Source of the DNA: Octopus vulgaris
Taxonomy: Eukaryota
NCBI GenBank assembly: GCA_951406725.2
Contig: OX597820.1
Location: forward strand, 30,566,001-30,630,000
Direction: 5' to 3'
Length of the DNA: 64,000 bases
Position numbers and translations under genes: made by a program. Under the pieces are notes generated by a model. It was not told where the DNA came from and did no database searches. It saw only the letters and a program-made list of their open reading frames with translations. Shown piece by piece: positions 38,437 through 50,330 of the stretch (within the stretch, counting starts at the first letter, position 1; each line of letters opens with the position of its first letter).

Positions 38437-40324
38437 TGTGTGTGTGTGTGTGTATGATTTTAAACAAGTTGAAAAATCAGCACACAACCTAATTTTGTTA
38501 TTTCTGCCCATTTCGCGTAATCCACTTTTTCAATGATTCCGTTTTTTACCAATCTGTCCAACTTATCCATTTGCTTTATTGTTGCAAAAAGCACTCTCCT
38601 TTGGGAATGTAACATTATCATAAAAACATGCTAATTCAAAACATGCTTCAGCCTTTGTGCATTGGCCTAGTTTGTCCAATAGGACTTGCAGAAACATTTA
38701 AAAAAATTTTCTCTTTAACAAATTATTTTTAGAGGGACAACATTTATGTTTTTACAATAGAGATATATGAGGAGGTCCCATAAATGAAATAATTTTAACC
38801 AATCAGTACCCAACAGATCAGTTGCATTTTTAACAATAAAAACTTTTGCTTTACATGTTTTCCTTCGAAATAGGACATTAGTCCACATTTTGCCTATGAA
38901 ATGTAACTTGTTGCTCATCATGCTATGAGCAAATTTCACTGTTTTTCTCAACATAGGTTTCCTTATTTTCTTCCTATGTCCATATCTATTATTAAAATAT
39001 CACTTCCAGTATCCAACTGAAGTTTAATATGTATTTCATTTATTTTGACGTGTCTGAATTTTCTTATTTGGGAGTTGACTTTTGTTTCTGCTGAGACCAC
39101 TCCAGGATTTTTAATGTTTGACCTTTGTAATTTTGTACTGCAGAGTGAACTCTTGTGACCAATTCTTTTGCAATTGTAATATTTTTGATTTTTAAATGGA
39201 TAGTCTTTTCTGAAATGTATTCCCCCGATCATCCATAACATGGATTAGGATGTGGCACTCTTTTTTGGTTGTACTCTTTCGGTTGTATTTTGTATTTTTG
39301 AAGAATCCTTTTTTCGAATTTTTCCTACATTGTGTTTCAGGTTTACCATCCTTTGGCATTCTTCTGTCATGGACTGTAAGGTTCCATTTAGAAAGAAATC
39401 TTGCCCAAATGTTTGTATCTCTGCTTGCTGTAAGGCCTTGTATGAAAAAAGACACTTTAACATCTCAGGAGTAAGTTCTTTGAGTTTAAAACTGTTACAC
39501 ATCCTGTTGACTGTTCCTGCATATGTGATAAAATCATAATTCTCTTTTTCTATTATATTCCAACATCCCATTTTGAGTGTTAAATAGAGACGTTTTATCA
39601 CCAAATATGTTAGTAATTCTATTGTTTCTTTAAAACAAATTTCAATAACATTCATGTTGTAACCAAACTAATTTTCACAATAACAATCTCACTTTTTGTT
39701 CATCTGACCATGATTTGCAATCTTGCTTAAAAATCTCCTCTTAGCTTCTGTTGTACAATGCAAAAGTCATACCCTCCTCTGGATTTTAACTGAATTCATT
39801 AATTGAGTTTGAAATGCTATCTAACAAAAATGAACTTACCTCATTTTTAGACTTCTTTGAATGTAGCTCCAATAATTGTTGTTGTAGTTGTTGCTGTAAT
39901 AATTGCTTCTGTATGCTTGTTTCTGCTCTTGTTCTAACTTTTGCAACTGTAGTATGGAAGCTATTAGGTTTTCCATTATTTAATAAGTTATATCACGAAC
40001 AAATTTGTTAAATAACCTATATGAGCTTTGAAAACCCCATTGCCATATGTTGTAACTTACATACAATAAATAATTTATGTACAATAAATAAGATAACCAG
40101 ACAACAATAAAAACAATGTAACAAGCTAACAAATCTCTTTACAAACCAACAATCAATATTGCTTGTGAACTAACCAACTGACACCTTCCGACTTCACTGC
40201 AACTATCACGAACTTCACTCGACTCCAAACTCTGAAACTTGAACTCACTCGGATCATTACTATTTATACTTTACTCAGACCAGTCTGTCTATCACAAGGG
40301 GACGTCGTAACTTTCATCACAACA
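36870..40324 (-). mobile_element. Gypsy/Ty3 LTR retrotransposon (Mag-like), degenerate, 3' end and 3' LTR missing
   Basis: Gag with two eroded CCHC knuckles, protease LQLDTGSD, RT (CEFF...LGQII...LQAFLGLVNYY), RNase H, and integrase (HPGMSRMKALMRSFVYW, LVSDNG, SNGQVERFV) in gag-PR-RT-RH-IN order. Confidence 0.9.
40048..40324 (-). repeat. 5' LTR of the Gypsy element (~277 bp)
   Basis: Minus strand TGTTGT...ACAACA termini, followed after 2 nt by PBS-like TGGCAATGGGG (possibly decayed TGGCGACGAGG). Confidence 0.7.
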
Positions 40325-40439
40325 ATCATTTTAGCGACTACCAAGTGATTTCTTTTGTCCCATAAACCATTTACCATTTCTGTGGTGGCCACCTTCCCTT
40401 GATGCCTGAAGCATGTGTTTATTTTGCCTAATGGTTAAT

Positions 40440-40970
40440 CCAGCACTGCTCCTACAAATGATGCGGATTCTTTAAAGAAGGTAATTTCAAACATATTTGA
40501 TACTGAAATAGCCCTTTAAAAGCACTGATGTCTGCAAAGCTGAAGTCAATCTATACAATAATCCAATGGAGTTCCTGAACAGCCATAATTTTGGTAGAGT
40601 GACCCTTCTAATGATTTGGCTTTGGAAAGGGATCAGCTGTAGAGCTACTGCAAAATTTATAAACAATTGGTGGGGTTTGTAATGGAGCAAAATCCAAATG
40701 CACCATTTACATGAACATATAAATGAAGGTGACATTGTTACAGAAGATGAACATTATAGAAAACATGTCATTGTGCCAAGAATTATACAGAAACCTGATG
40801 TACTCTATCATTCAATCTTGTACATTTATAATGTCTAGTTTGAGTGGCTTTCACAATAACAGTCAATAAATCTCTATGTTTATCATCAAATAAAACAGGA
40901 CTGTTCTTCTGCTCTGGTCTAGTATCCCATGCACAATATTAGCTTTGCTTTGTCAAATATTATGAAATTT
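40440..40970 (+). pseudogene. Helitron PIF1-helicase remnant, C-terminal part
   Basis: APTNDAD, GLCNGAKI, HVIVPRI, RVAFTITVNKSL.LS..KTGL and VSHAQY..ALS match PIF1 motifs APTN / GLCNGTR / IPRI / AFAMTINKSQG / SHGQLYVALS. Confidence 0.7.
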
Positions 40971-41311
40971 GCAAGGTATATTAGCAAATGCTGAAAAATG
41001 TTCTCACCAGCATTATGGGTGCCTAAGGCTTTCTCATGTAAAAACTTCCTTCTTAACATTTGTAAAAACTTCAAACTACACGAGTATATATATATATATA
41101 TATATATACATGTGTTCTTTTTAGTATTTATTTAATTTTTGTTCTATTTTATTTTATCTTAATCATCTTCATTTTTCATTTATTATCACTATCATCATCA
41201 TTGGTTGCAGTTGCAGCATCATCCTCACCACCAAAACAACAACCGCTATGAAAATATGAGCAGACAATTTATGTGTCTAAGTATATATTTCTGTGTGTGT
41301 GTGTATATATA

Positions 41312-42380
41312 TATGTAAGAGACCAAAGTGTATATATGCCGCAATATTGTTTTATATATAAAAAATACAAAAATGGGACAAGAACGCAAAACATCCAGAC
41401 AGGTGATACAAAAAAGGGACCACAAAACATCCAGACAGACGATACAAAGAAAACAAAGATGGATCATTCGGAGTTTTCTATCCTCGGTCGAGTTCCAGAT
41501 TATCTTTGCAATTTCGGCTGGTTATACTCAAAATTGCTCCAATCTGGCCAGCCCCAAGGAAAAACTAAGCTAAGAGCATTAGATTCCTTGGAAGAAAGCA
41601 GCGAATGTATACGAAAACAAAGACAGAAAAAACGTTGAAATGTTACACAAATACAATGCAAGTAACAGGACATAACAACAGGTGTCTTTTGACTAAGGAC
41701 GAATTAAATTAAGCTGGCGTGTGTGGAAGTAAAGCCTTACGGCAGGGACATAAGATTTGACAGGCACAGGGAGGAATATAAATGTTGCAAGGATGGAAGT
41801 TGAACCAAGAAAGAAAGGTCAAGCTTGGCCTAACACCAGTCACGTAGGGAGAGAAGAGAGAGAGGTAGAGGCAAAGAGGTAGAAGAATTAAGGAGGGGTG
41901 AGAAAAAGATGAGGACACAGTGAAGTGAGGGAGGAGGGAAAGTGAGCATGAAGAGAAGGCCAGGAAATGTGAGAGAGGGGGAATGAAAGAAGGAAGAGTG
42001 GAATGAATGAAGTAAGCATGAAAGGGCTGATAGAAAGAAGGAAAGAATGAAAGAATAGAAAGAATAATAGAGTCGTACAAAATTTATATATATATATTTA
42101 CATATAAGAGACCAAAGTGTATGTATGCCACTTGTTTCCTTCCAAGGAATCTAATGCTCTTAGCTTAGGTTTTCCTTGGGGCTGGCCAGATTGGAGCAAT
42201 CTTGAGTATAACCAGCTGAAATTGCAAAGGTAATCAAGAACTCAACTGAGGATAGAAAACTCAGAATGACCCGTCCTGGTTTTCTTTGTATTGTCTGTCT
42301 GGATGTTTTCTTGTCCCTTTTTTGTATCACCTAACTGTCTGAGTGTTTTGCGTTCTTGTCTCATTTTTGTATTATTTATA
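41312..42380. mobile_element. Repeat with ~250-bp inverted terminal duplication (Penelope-pLTR-like architecture)
   Basis: 41355-41600 is the near reverse complement of 42135-42380. The direct repeat TAAGAGACCAAAGTGTAT.TATGCC occurs at ~41316 and ~42105. Confidence 0.65.
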
Positions 42381-42392
42381 TACAAAAAATAT

Positions 42393-42640
42393 ATAATGAA
42401 TGAACCTTAAAAATTTAAGGTATAAAAATTTATGGAATAAAATAGGATAAAAATACGAATAAAAAATATGAAATAAAAATAAAAATAATGATTGGTATTA
42501 GGAAGGCAGGGAACCATAATTAGATAAGTTAACATTCATTTTCTTCATTATTTTTATTTCGTATTTTTTATTCGTATTTTTTATTCATATTTTTTATCCT
42601 CTTTTATTCCTTGAATTTTTAAGGTTCATTCATTATTTTT
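42393..42640. repeat. AT-rich imperfect inverted repeat (~95-bp arms)
   Basis: AATGAATGAACCTTAAAAATT... versus ...AATTTTTAAGGTTCATTCATT. Confidence 0.7.
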
Positions 42641-42723
42641 ATTTTTATTCATTAATTTGTAAAGTAAAATTATGTTGATGGTTTTTAGTCAAATAATTTC
42701 AATTATCATAGAGTTATATAGAA

Positions 42724-43094
42724 CTAGCAGTATCGCCCGGCGTTGCTCGGGTTTGTAAGGGAAATAACTATAAAGCATTTTTAGAGAGTTATAGCCAAAA
42801 AATGGAAAAAAAATGATGGTAAATTTTTTTTTAGTTAAAAAGGTCGAGTTGCGTCCCCTAGACAGTCTGTGGTTTGTGTTTCTGATTCTCGACCCCATGT
42901 CGAATTTATCGATTTTTTTCAGAACTGGGGGAACTTTTCAAAATTTTCGCTGCGTTAGTTTTGAATTATGACATTGGGCTATGTGTGTGTCAAGTTTCAT
43001 CAGAATCGGTTGAAAGCCGTGGTCAGGGTGAGGGTACAACCTAACAGACACACAGATACACACACAGACAAACTGCCGTTTATATATAGAGAGA
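42724..43094 (-). mobile_element. Non-autonomous Helitron
   Basis: Minus strand TCTCTCTATATATAAACGGCAG...CCCGAGCAACGCCGGG-CGATACTG-CTAG, at an A|T site. Confidence 0.8.
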
Positions 43095-43117
43095 TGTAGA
43101 TAGAGTAATAAATGTGT

Positions 43118-43248
43118 AGAATCCAGACCTGAAGATTGGAAGTATGTCGATCTAATTGAGTATTGAAACTAGAGACCTTATATCTCAACAATACCGACAT
43201 ACTGTAATGAAACACGTGTTGTCTTTAAAATGGAAAGTATGGGATTCT
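43118..43248 (+). ncRNA. Type I hammerhead ribozyme candidate with canonical core and extended stem II
   Basis: AGAATCC-AGAC-CTGAAGA-..AGTATGTCG..(~45 nt)..CGACATACT..-GAAAC-ACGT-GTT-GTCT-(17 nt)-GGATTCT. Confidence 0.65.
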
Positions 43249-43663
43249 GGATATAGTAAGTATCATGTTTAATATTTTATGGCTCGGTCGGGTATAATAT
43301 CTTTCAATGTTGATTGAGTTGAGGGTGGTTCTGTCTCTAAAACTACTTTTATATATATGAATAAAATATTGAGAGAAGTTCACTTTTGTACTTTTAATGT
43401 GAATGTCTCATTCCTGTGGACTTGGAATTAATCTTCCTTAATAATAAATCGTGTTAACTGGAACGACTCATGTACTGAGAAGAGCATTATCGCTGTGAAA
43501 ACAACATCCATTCATGAATTTATTTATTTATTGATTTTTTAAATACATATTTTACACGTGGATTTGCATGTGTAATCTGGGCATGCATAGAATGAGCTTC
43601 TCTGCCCTAGGTGTACGGAAAACACTCGGTGAGAAATGGAAGAAAGTTTGAAGAAAGAAGGAA

Positions 43664-43699
<36 letters not shown>

Positions 43700-43718
<19 letters not shown>

Positions 43719-44285
43719 TTAATAAATGCCCTGATGCAGTACCAGGCAGTGGCTCTCGTGGCTTCTGATCTTAACTGATTGGAAGTGTTATCATGTACAG
43801 TGTTTTGTGTTGGTATAAAAGATGGGCTACAGCAAATATTCTGCTCAATACCACAGATTTGCTTGTCAGTTGTTTGTCCTTAACAAGTTGAGTATGTTCC
43901 TGAGTGGCTGAAAATATGTGCATCTCTGATCATGAGCAGAAGTAGTGGGGGAGAATCATAGCCATGTGTTGAGAGGGATTCTTTGGGGTTTGAATAATTC
44001 ACCTTTGGAAACATGGATGTTTCATTCAGCATCCTTAAACAACCCTTATTCAGGGACCTTTTGAGCGGAATGGGTAACCAGACCAGAAGAAAATTCTAAC
44101 TGGGCCCCACCTGCAAGGTCATGCGCTGTTTATCTTGATATGAGATCACCATGTCGTGCACATATGGTTGTGATGCATGTGCCTGGTGAACCCTTATCAG
44201 ACGGGTAGTCATGATAGATATACTGGGCTGTGTATATTTTAAGCCAGTGTCGCTTTGATGGCATGCACCGCTCTCTCACTCAATA
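43700..44285. repeat. Unclassified ~590-bp element embedded in (TAA)n, possibly R4/Dong-associated
   Basis: A complex sequence block is flanked on both sides by (AAT)n, the known target of R4/Dong elements. No ORF was recognised. Confidence 0.35.
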
Positions 44286-44314
44286 ATAATAATAATAACA
44301 ACAGCAACAACAAC

Positions 44315-44870
44315 ATCATCATCATCATCATCGCTTAGCATCCGCTTTCCATGCTGGCATGGGTTGGACGTTTCAACTGGGGTCTGGGAAGCCAGAAGGC
44401 TGCACCAGGCCCAGTCTGATCTGGCAATGTTTCTACGGCTGGATGCCCTTCCTAACGCCAACCACTCCATGAATGTAGTGGGTGCTTTTTACGTGCCACT
44501 GGCACAGGTGCCAGACGAGGCTGGCAAACGGCCACGATCGGATGGTGCTCTTTACGTGCCACCGGCACGGAGACCTGACGAGGCTGGCAACAGCCACGAA
44601 CGGATGGTGCTTTTTACGTGCCACTGGCATGGAAGCAGTCTGGGTGGCGCTGGCAATGGCCATGTTGGGATGGTTCTTTTATGTGCCACTGGCACTGGTA
44701 TCACAGCTACAATTTCCATTGATGTTGATCGATTTTGATTTTGTTTTTGTTTTTGTTTTTCACTCGCCTCAGCAGGTCTTCACAAGTAGAGTTTTGTGTC
44801 CCAAGAAGGAAAGATATGCATAAAGTGAACTGAGGCCACGGGTTATGGCCTCACTTGTCCTGCCGGGTCT
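44315..44870 (-). mobile_element. RTE 3' UTR copy (family C) with 4 palindromic units
   Basis: GGTGCTTTTTACGTGCCAC(C/T)GGCAC repeats at ~62-bp spacing. Confidence 0.8.
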
Positions 44871-45329
44871 TCTAACAACAATAATAATAATAATAATAAC
44901 AACAATAATAAAAGTTAACAGGATTTATTTTTCCAAGTTAAATTATGTGTGTGCTTGACTTCAGAGTAAGCAATATATCAAAGCAAAAGGAAACTAGTAG
45001 CTGTGTTTGGATTCTCCAGATCTACTAGCAACCTAGCAAATTAAGAGCAGTAATTAATTACAGGGTTTTATTTAACTTTCGAGCTATTAAGATACCAAGG
45101 AAAAAATCATCAAATACTGACAATGTTTGACTATAGAACTAGTAACATACCAAACTGAAGTCATTCCACTAATGACAGGGTTTCACTCCAAAACTAACAA
45201 CAATCAGGACTTATAGAGTCATCCTCTCTCTTTCTCGCCTTCTCTCTTACTCTATCTTCTGTTTATCTACCTGTATACATATATACATATATGTGTAGGT
45301 ATATATGCGTGTGTGTATGTGTGTGTGTA

Positions 45330-45367
<38 letters not shown>

Positions 45368-45462
45368 CATGCACACACACACACATACACGCACATATAC
45401 ATTTTGCTCTCGTCAAAATCACCATTTCCATCTATTTATCTATCTGTCTGTCTATCTGTCTG

Positions 45463-45527
<65 letters not shown>

Positions 45528-45881
45528 ATGTCTGTATGTGTGTGTGTGTGTGAGTAGAAGGTATTATCTCTCTCTCCCATTCTCTCATGTCAAATCACCA
45601 TTTTTACATATGATGATAACAGGTTACACACTCACACACACCACACATTTATTCACATACACATACACACACACACACTAATGCACTAATACATCTGTAC
45701 ACACAAACACACACACACACATACATACTCTCTCTCTCTCTTTCTTTCTTTTACTCTCTCACGCACACACAAACACACAACTTAACATATTTTCACATAT
45801 AGATGAACATCTGTGCACACAGATGAACACAGAAACACACATACATGTATACATACAGACAAATACATATACGTATAGAAA

Positions 45882-45916
<35 letters not shown>

Positions 45917-46089
45917 CCATAAATAGACCACTGACACAGCAAAAATACAGGCTTCTAACAATGCCTCAAAGTTAAGGTAGAGATTATTTTATTAAGTATC
46001 AGTTGCATACTGGGTTCAATGTAATCAACTTACTCCTTCTTCCCAAATTTCTGGCTTTGTGCCAAAATTTAAAGCCATTATTATTATTA

Positions 46090-46482
46090 CTAGCAGTATA
46101 GCCCAGCGTTGCTCAAGTTTGTTTCGACCCTTTAGAATTGGAATTTTTGAAAAGTAAATTTTTGCATTGTGTAGCTTGTTATTCTCTTTAAGTGAACATT
46201 TTTCTGGTTGAAATGCACTGAAAAATGGCAACACAGCAGTCAAAAAATCGTAAAAAATAGGGATTTTCATAAAAAAAAGGCACCTTTTTGATATAAATAA
46301 TTTTTGGTCTTAACATCGTCCAATTTGAATTTTTTCTTCTTCAGAATAAAGAGCAAGCCTTCTCCTATCATAGTCTCAATTTTGGTCAACTTTTGCCGCA
46401 GGGTCTCAGAGGAGATAGTGTTAGTTGAAGGCTACCAAACCTGCCACACACACACAAACAACTTCAGCTTTATATATATAGA
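46090..46482 (-). mobile_element. Non-autonomous Helitron (subfamily 2)
   Basis: Homologous to 29743-30097, with TC...hairpin-CTAG termini on the minus strand. Confidence 0.8.
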
Positions 46483-46484
46483 TT

Positions 46485-46800
46485 GTGGAGGTACATGGCC
46501 TAGTGGTTAGAGCAACGGACTCGCGGTTGAGGGATTGCAGGTTTGAATCTCAGACAGGGCGATGTGTGTATTTATGAGCAAAACACCTAAGCTCTATGCA
46601 GTTTTGGCAGAAGGGAATGGTAAACTTCTGCTGACTCTTTTGCCTCAACTTTCTTTCGCTCTTTCCTCCTGCATCTAGCAGCTCACCTGCAATGGATCAG
46701 CGTCCCATCCAGGTGGGGAACACATACGCCAATGAAACTGGAAAATCAGCCCTTATCAGCCAGGTATGGTTCAAGAAGGAACAAACAACAACAACAACAT
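46485..46800 (+). mobile_element. tRNA-derived SINE family D (Meta/V-domain-like)
   Basis: TGGCCTAGTGGTTAGAGC A box, GGTTTGAATCTC B box, CTGCAATGGATCAGCGTCCCATCCAGG body and (ACA)n tail. Confidence 0.8.
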
Positions 46801-46859
46801 TATTATTATTATTTATGGTGTGCATGAATGTTTTATATTCAGAATGAATATCCTTGATA

Positions 46860-47040
46860 CCAGGTCACAACCAGTTTCCTTCAATATTGAGGGCATTTCT
46901 TACAATCCTTGCTGTTCCTAATAGAGCAGATTTCTGAATTAATGCAACTCCTTTAGTTCCACCAATCTCAATATGGGAGCTGTTAAGTTTGTTGGTGATG
47001 TTTCCTAGAGCACCTATAACAACTGGGATTTCATTTGTAG
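46860..47040 (-). mobile_element. R4/Dong non-LTR element C-terminal (RLE-region) fragment
   Basis: IPVVIGALG...IQKSALLGTARIVRNAL, ending next to a (TAA)n tract. Confidence 0.8.
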
Positions 47041-47270
47041 AAGTCCTGGCAGAAGCTGGCAGAATTGTTTGCACGCTGGATGAAAGGCTTAGTGAAATTT
47101 TCTCTGTCTTTACATTCTGAGTTCAAATTCTGCTGAGGTTGACTTTGCTCTTCACCCTTTTAGGCTCAATGAAATAGGTACCAGTCAAGCACTGGTGTCA
47201 ATGTAATGTCAAGATTTCATGCCTCGTACCTATGGCAGAAAAGGTTATTATTATTATTATAATTATTATA

Positions 47271-47302
<32 letters not shown>

Positions 47303-47328
47303 CATTATTATTATTATTATTATTATTA

Positions 47329-47542
47329 AGGTGGCGAGCTGGCAGAATCGTTAGCATGCTGGGCAAAATGCTTAGTGGTAGTTTGTCTGTTGCAATGTTC
47401 TGAGTTCAAATTCCGCCATGGTCAACTTTGCCTTTCATCCTTTCAGGATCAATAAATTAAGTACCAGTTGAGTACTGAGGTCGATGTGATCACTGTCCAC
47501 TCCCCCACCAAATCCAAGCCTTGTGCCTATTGTAGAAAGGAT
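47329..47542 (+). mobile_element. SINE family B in (TTA)n
   Basis: AGGTGGCGAGCTGGCAGAATCGTTAGC head. Confidence 0.8.
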
Positions 47543-48799
47543 TATTATCAATAATATTAATGTGCCAGCTTGTTCTTTTTGTACGTACGTACCTGTGGTG
47601 TGTGTCACCCTTACTTCAGAGGAAGAAGTGAGTGGTGAAGTGAGACAGAGGACGACAGAGAGGAAGTAAGAGAGAAGGAGAGAAAGGGAGAGAGTGGGAG
47701 TTCGTTTTGTGTTTTTAAATGTTTGTCACATCGCAAGAAAAGTACATACAAAGATTGAAAGAAAAGTTGACTCATAGATACATACACACATTGTTAAATT
47801 AAAAGCAGGAGAGAGGAGGGATACAGAGGAAGTGAGAGAGAAAGAGAGAAACTGTGAGAGACAGTAGATACATAGATCGAAAGAAATGTTGATGCCTAGG
47901 TACATAGACATGTTATTAAATCAAAGACACATAACTACAGCAAATATTGGATGTCACTTTCACTTTTCATTACCACATGAGGATAAAATTAACTTGCGAG
48001 TGGCTGAGTACTCCACAGACATGCATATCATTGATGTAGTTCTCAGGGAGATTCAGCCTCACACAGAATATGACAAGGCTGGCCCCTTTAAATTACAGCT
48101 ACAACTCATTTTGGTCAGCTGAATGGACTGGAGCAAGATAAACCTTCAAGTGGTTGGAAGAAAATGAAAATATATCCTATATAGGGGCAGGAAAATCTTT
48201 TTAGTTGTTAAGGTCACTATGGGTGTTAATCTGGTCCTAACAGCAGCATTTGTGGGTCTCACAGATCTGGAGGCCAATACCCCAAATAAACACTGATGTG
48301 CAGGCTGTGGTTATCAAGCTGAGCATAAGTCGAGGGTGAATACACGACGGAATGGCAATTATTTTGTTTTAGCTTTCACTGCTTATACTAAACACAACAT
48401 TTTTGCCTTACAATATGGAACATTTCCTTTTCTTTCTCTCTTTTTAAAAAAATGACAGTCTATTGGTTGACAACAAGGTTCCTGTTTATCTGATAAAGGG
48501 AAGTCTGCTTGCAAAATTAATGCGCATGTGGCTGAGTCCTCTACAGACATTCATACCATACATTGTTCTCAGGAAGATTTAAGGAGATTCAGTCTCATAC
48601 CGAATGTGACAAAGCTGACCCCTTTGAATTACATTCACCTTCTTTGATAGTTTTTCATGTGTTTTAGTTTTGGGAAAAGACCATGTTCTTTTTTCAGGCA
48701 CTTTTAATGTTTTCTCTACAAACTACAAACAAGACTCCACTTTCTTTTTTACAAAAACTAATGCAAATTTCGAACAGAGTATAACTGTAAAAAGAGCCT

Positions 48800-49525
48800 G
48801 GAAAAATGGGTTCTTGAGCTGCACATATAAATGCTTCTGTCTCTAGCTTCAGGTCATTCCTCCTCATCCATAGCCACTGGACTCCTGTATCTGTCTTGGC
48901 ATTCTTATCTTTTGCAAACTGAGCATACATTTTTTTCTCTTCCATACTGTTTTTTTTTTTTTGTTCCTTTCTTCCTTAAGCTTTTCTTTCTTTTCACAAT
49001 TATCAGTTTTAATGACACTGGCCTTCTCCACATGTTTCCACAATGATTCCATAGCATTTTTTACACACCGCTCTAAGCTGCTTTCCTCTGCTTTGATTCA
49101 AACCTGACAACTAATCAAACCTCTCCCACTCTTTCTTTTGGTAATTACAGCCTATTGGTGTCACTCTTTGGGTGAAAGTCTCTGTGCACTGTCAATATTT
49201 TTTTTGTCTTCATATCCATGTTCATCATTTCTTTCTTTTGCCATTTTATGAGTCCAGCTCCATACCAAACTAATGCTATTGCCCATGTATTAACTATTCA
49301 GATTATATTCCATCTGGTCGATACTAATCTTTGTCTTCAGAAGTATTCCAGTCAGTTGCTTTTTCATTTCCTTGTCCATTATTTCGTTGAACCCTAGTAT
49401 GCCAAGGTATTTGTAGCCATCTATTTCAATTTGCTTAATCAGTTCTCTATTAGGTAATTCTATCCCTGCTAGGAACTGTACCTTGGCCCTTTTCAAGTAC
49501 AATATTCCACACTTCTTGAGTCCAT
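48800..49525 (-). mobile_element. R4/Dong non-LTR element RT/thumb fragment
   Basis: KCGIL.LKR.K..., YKYLGIL, HPKSDTNRL..P....GRGL, WLWMRRNDLKLETEAFICAAQE. Confidence 0.8.
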
Positions 49526-49941
49526 CATCATCATCATCATCATCATTATCATTGTTAATAATAATGTTATTATTATTATTTACTTTTAATCTGCATGTTT
49601 GTTACAATCACTTGTTGAGACACACCCAGCATCCTAGGGCGAGTGAAGAATAAGTGATGTTACAGTATAACTGAAAGCTTGCAGAAGGAAAGTGGCAGGG
49701 GCAGTAGCAAAATATCTTCCTGTAACAAGAATTGCTGGTCTTGTGCAAAAATTTGAAGCCAAAGATGGCAAATGACTGTAATCATTAGAAAGTTAATGTT
49801 CTGGGTATAAATGCCAAGTTTGACTTTGCTTTTCATCCTTACACAGCCAATGAAATAAGTACCTGTTGAACACCGGGGTCAATGTAATCAACTATCCCCA
49901 TTCCCCTTCAAATTTCAGGTTTTGTGCCTATAGAAGAAAGG

Positions 49942-49986
<45 letters not shown>

Positions 49987-49989
49987 GAC

Positions 49990-50062
49990 TGTGTGGAAAG
50001 AATTTTGTTTCCAAACCACATGGTTCCAGATTCAGTATATATATATATATATATACAATAGA

Positions 50063-50108
<46 letters not shown>

Positions 50109-50330
50109 CACGCGCGCGCGTGTTTGTGTGTCTGTGTTTGTCCTCCCAACATCGCTTGACAACTGATGCAGGTATGTTTACATCCCCATAACTTAGCAGG
50201 TTGGCAAAACAGACCGATAGAATAAGTATTAGGCTTACAAAGAATAAGACCTGGGGTAGATTTGCTTGACTAAAGGTGGTGCTCCAGCATGGCCACACTC
50301 AAATTACTGAAACAAGTAAAAGAATAAAAG
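49990..50330 (+). mobile_element. SINE family A (internally deleted)
   Basis: Head fragment plus a conserved 3' half. Confidence 0.7.

Noticed and set aside
42170-42275. Hammerhead-like GGCTGG/CCAGCT-GAAA-TTGCAA and a nearby CTGAGGA
   Set aside because: No CUGANGA lies in register with the GAAA and stems, so a complete fold could not be built.
44480-44700. CRISPR-like repeat-spacer array
   Set aside because: The context is eukaryotic, the spacers are mutually homologous, there are no cas genes, and the array is part of an RTE 3' UTR.
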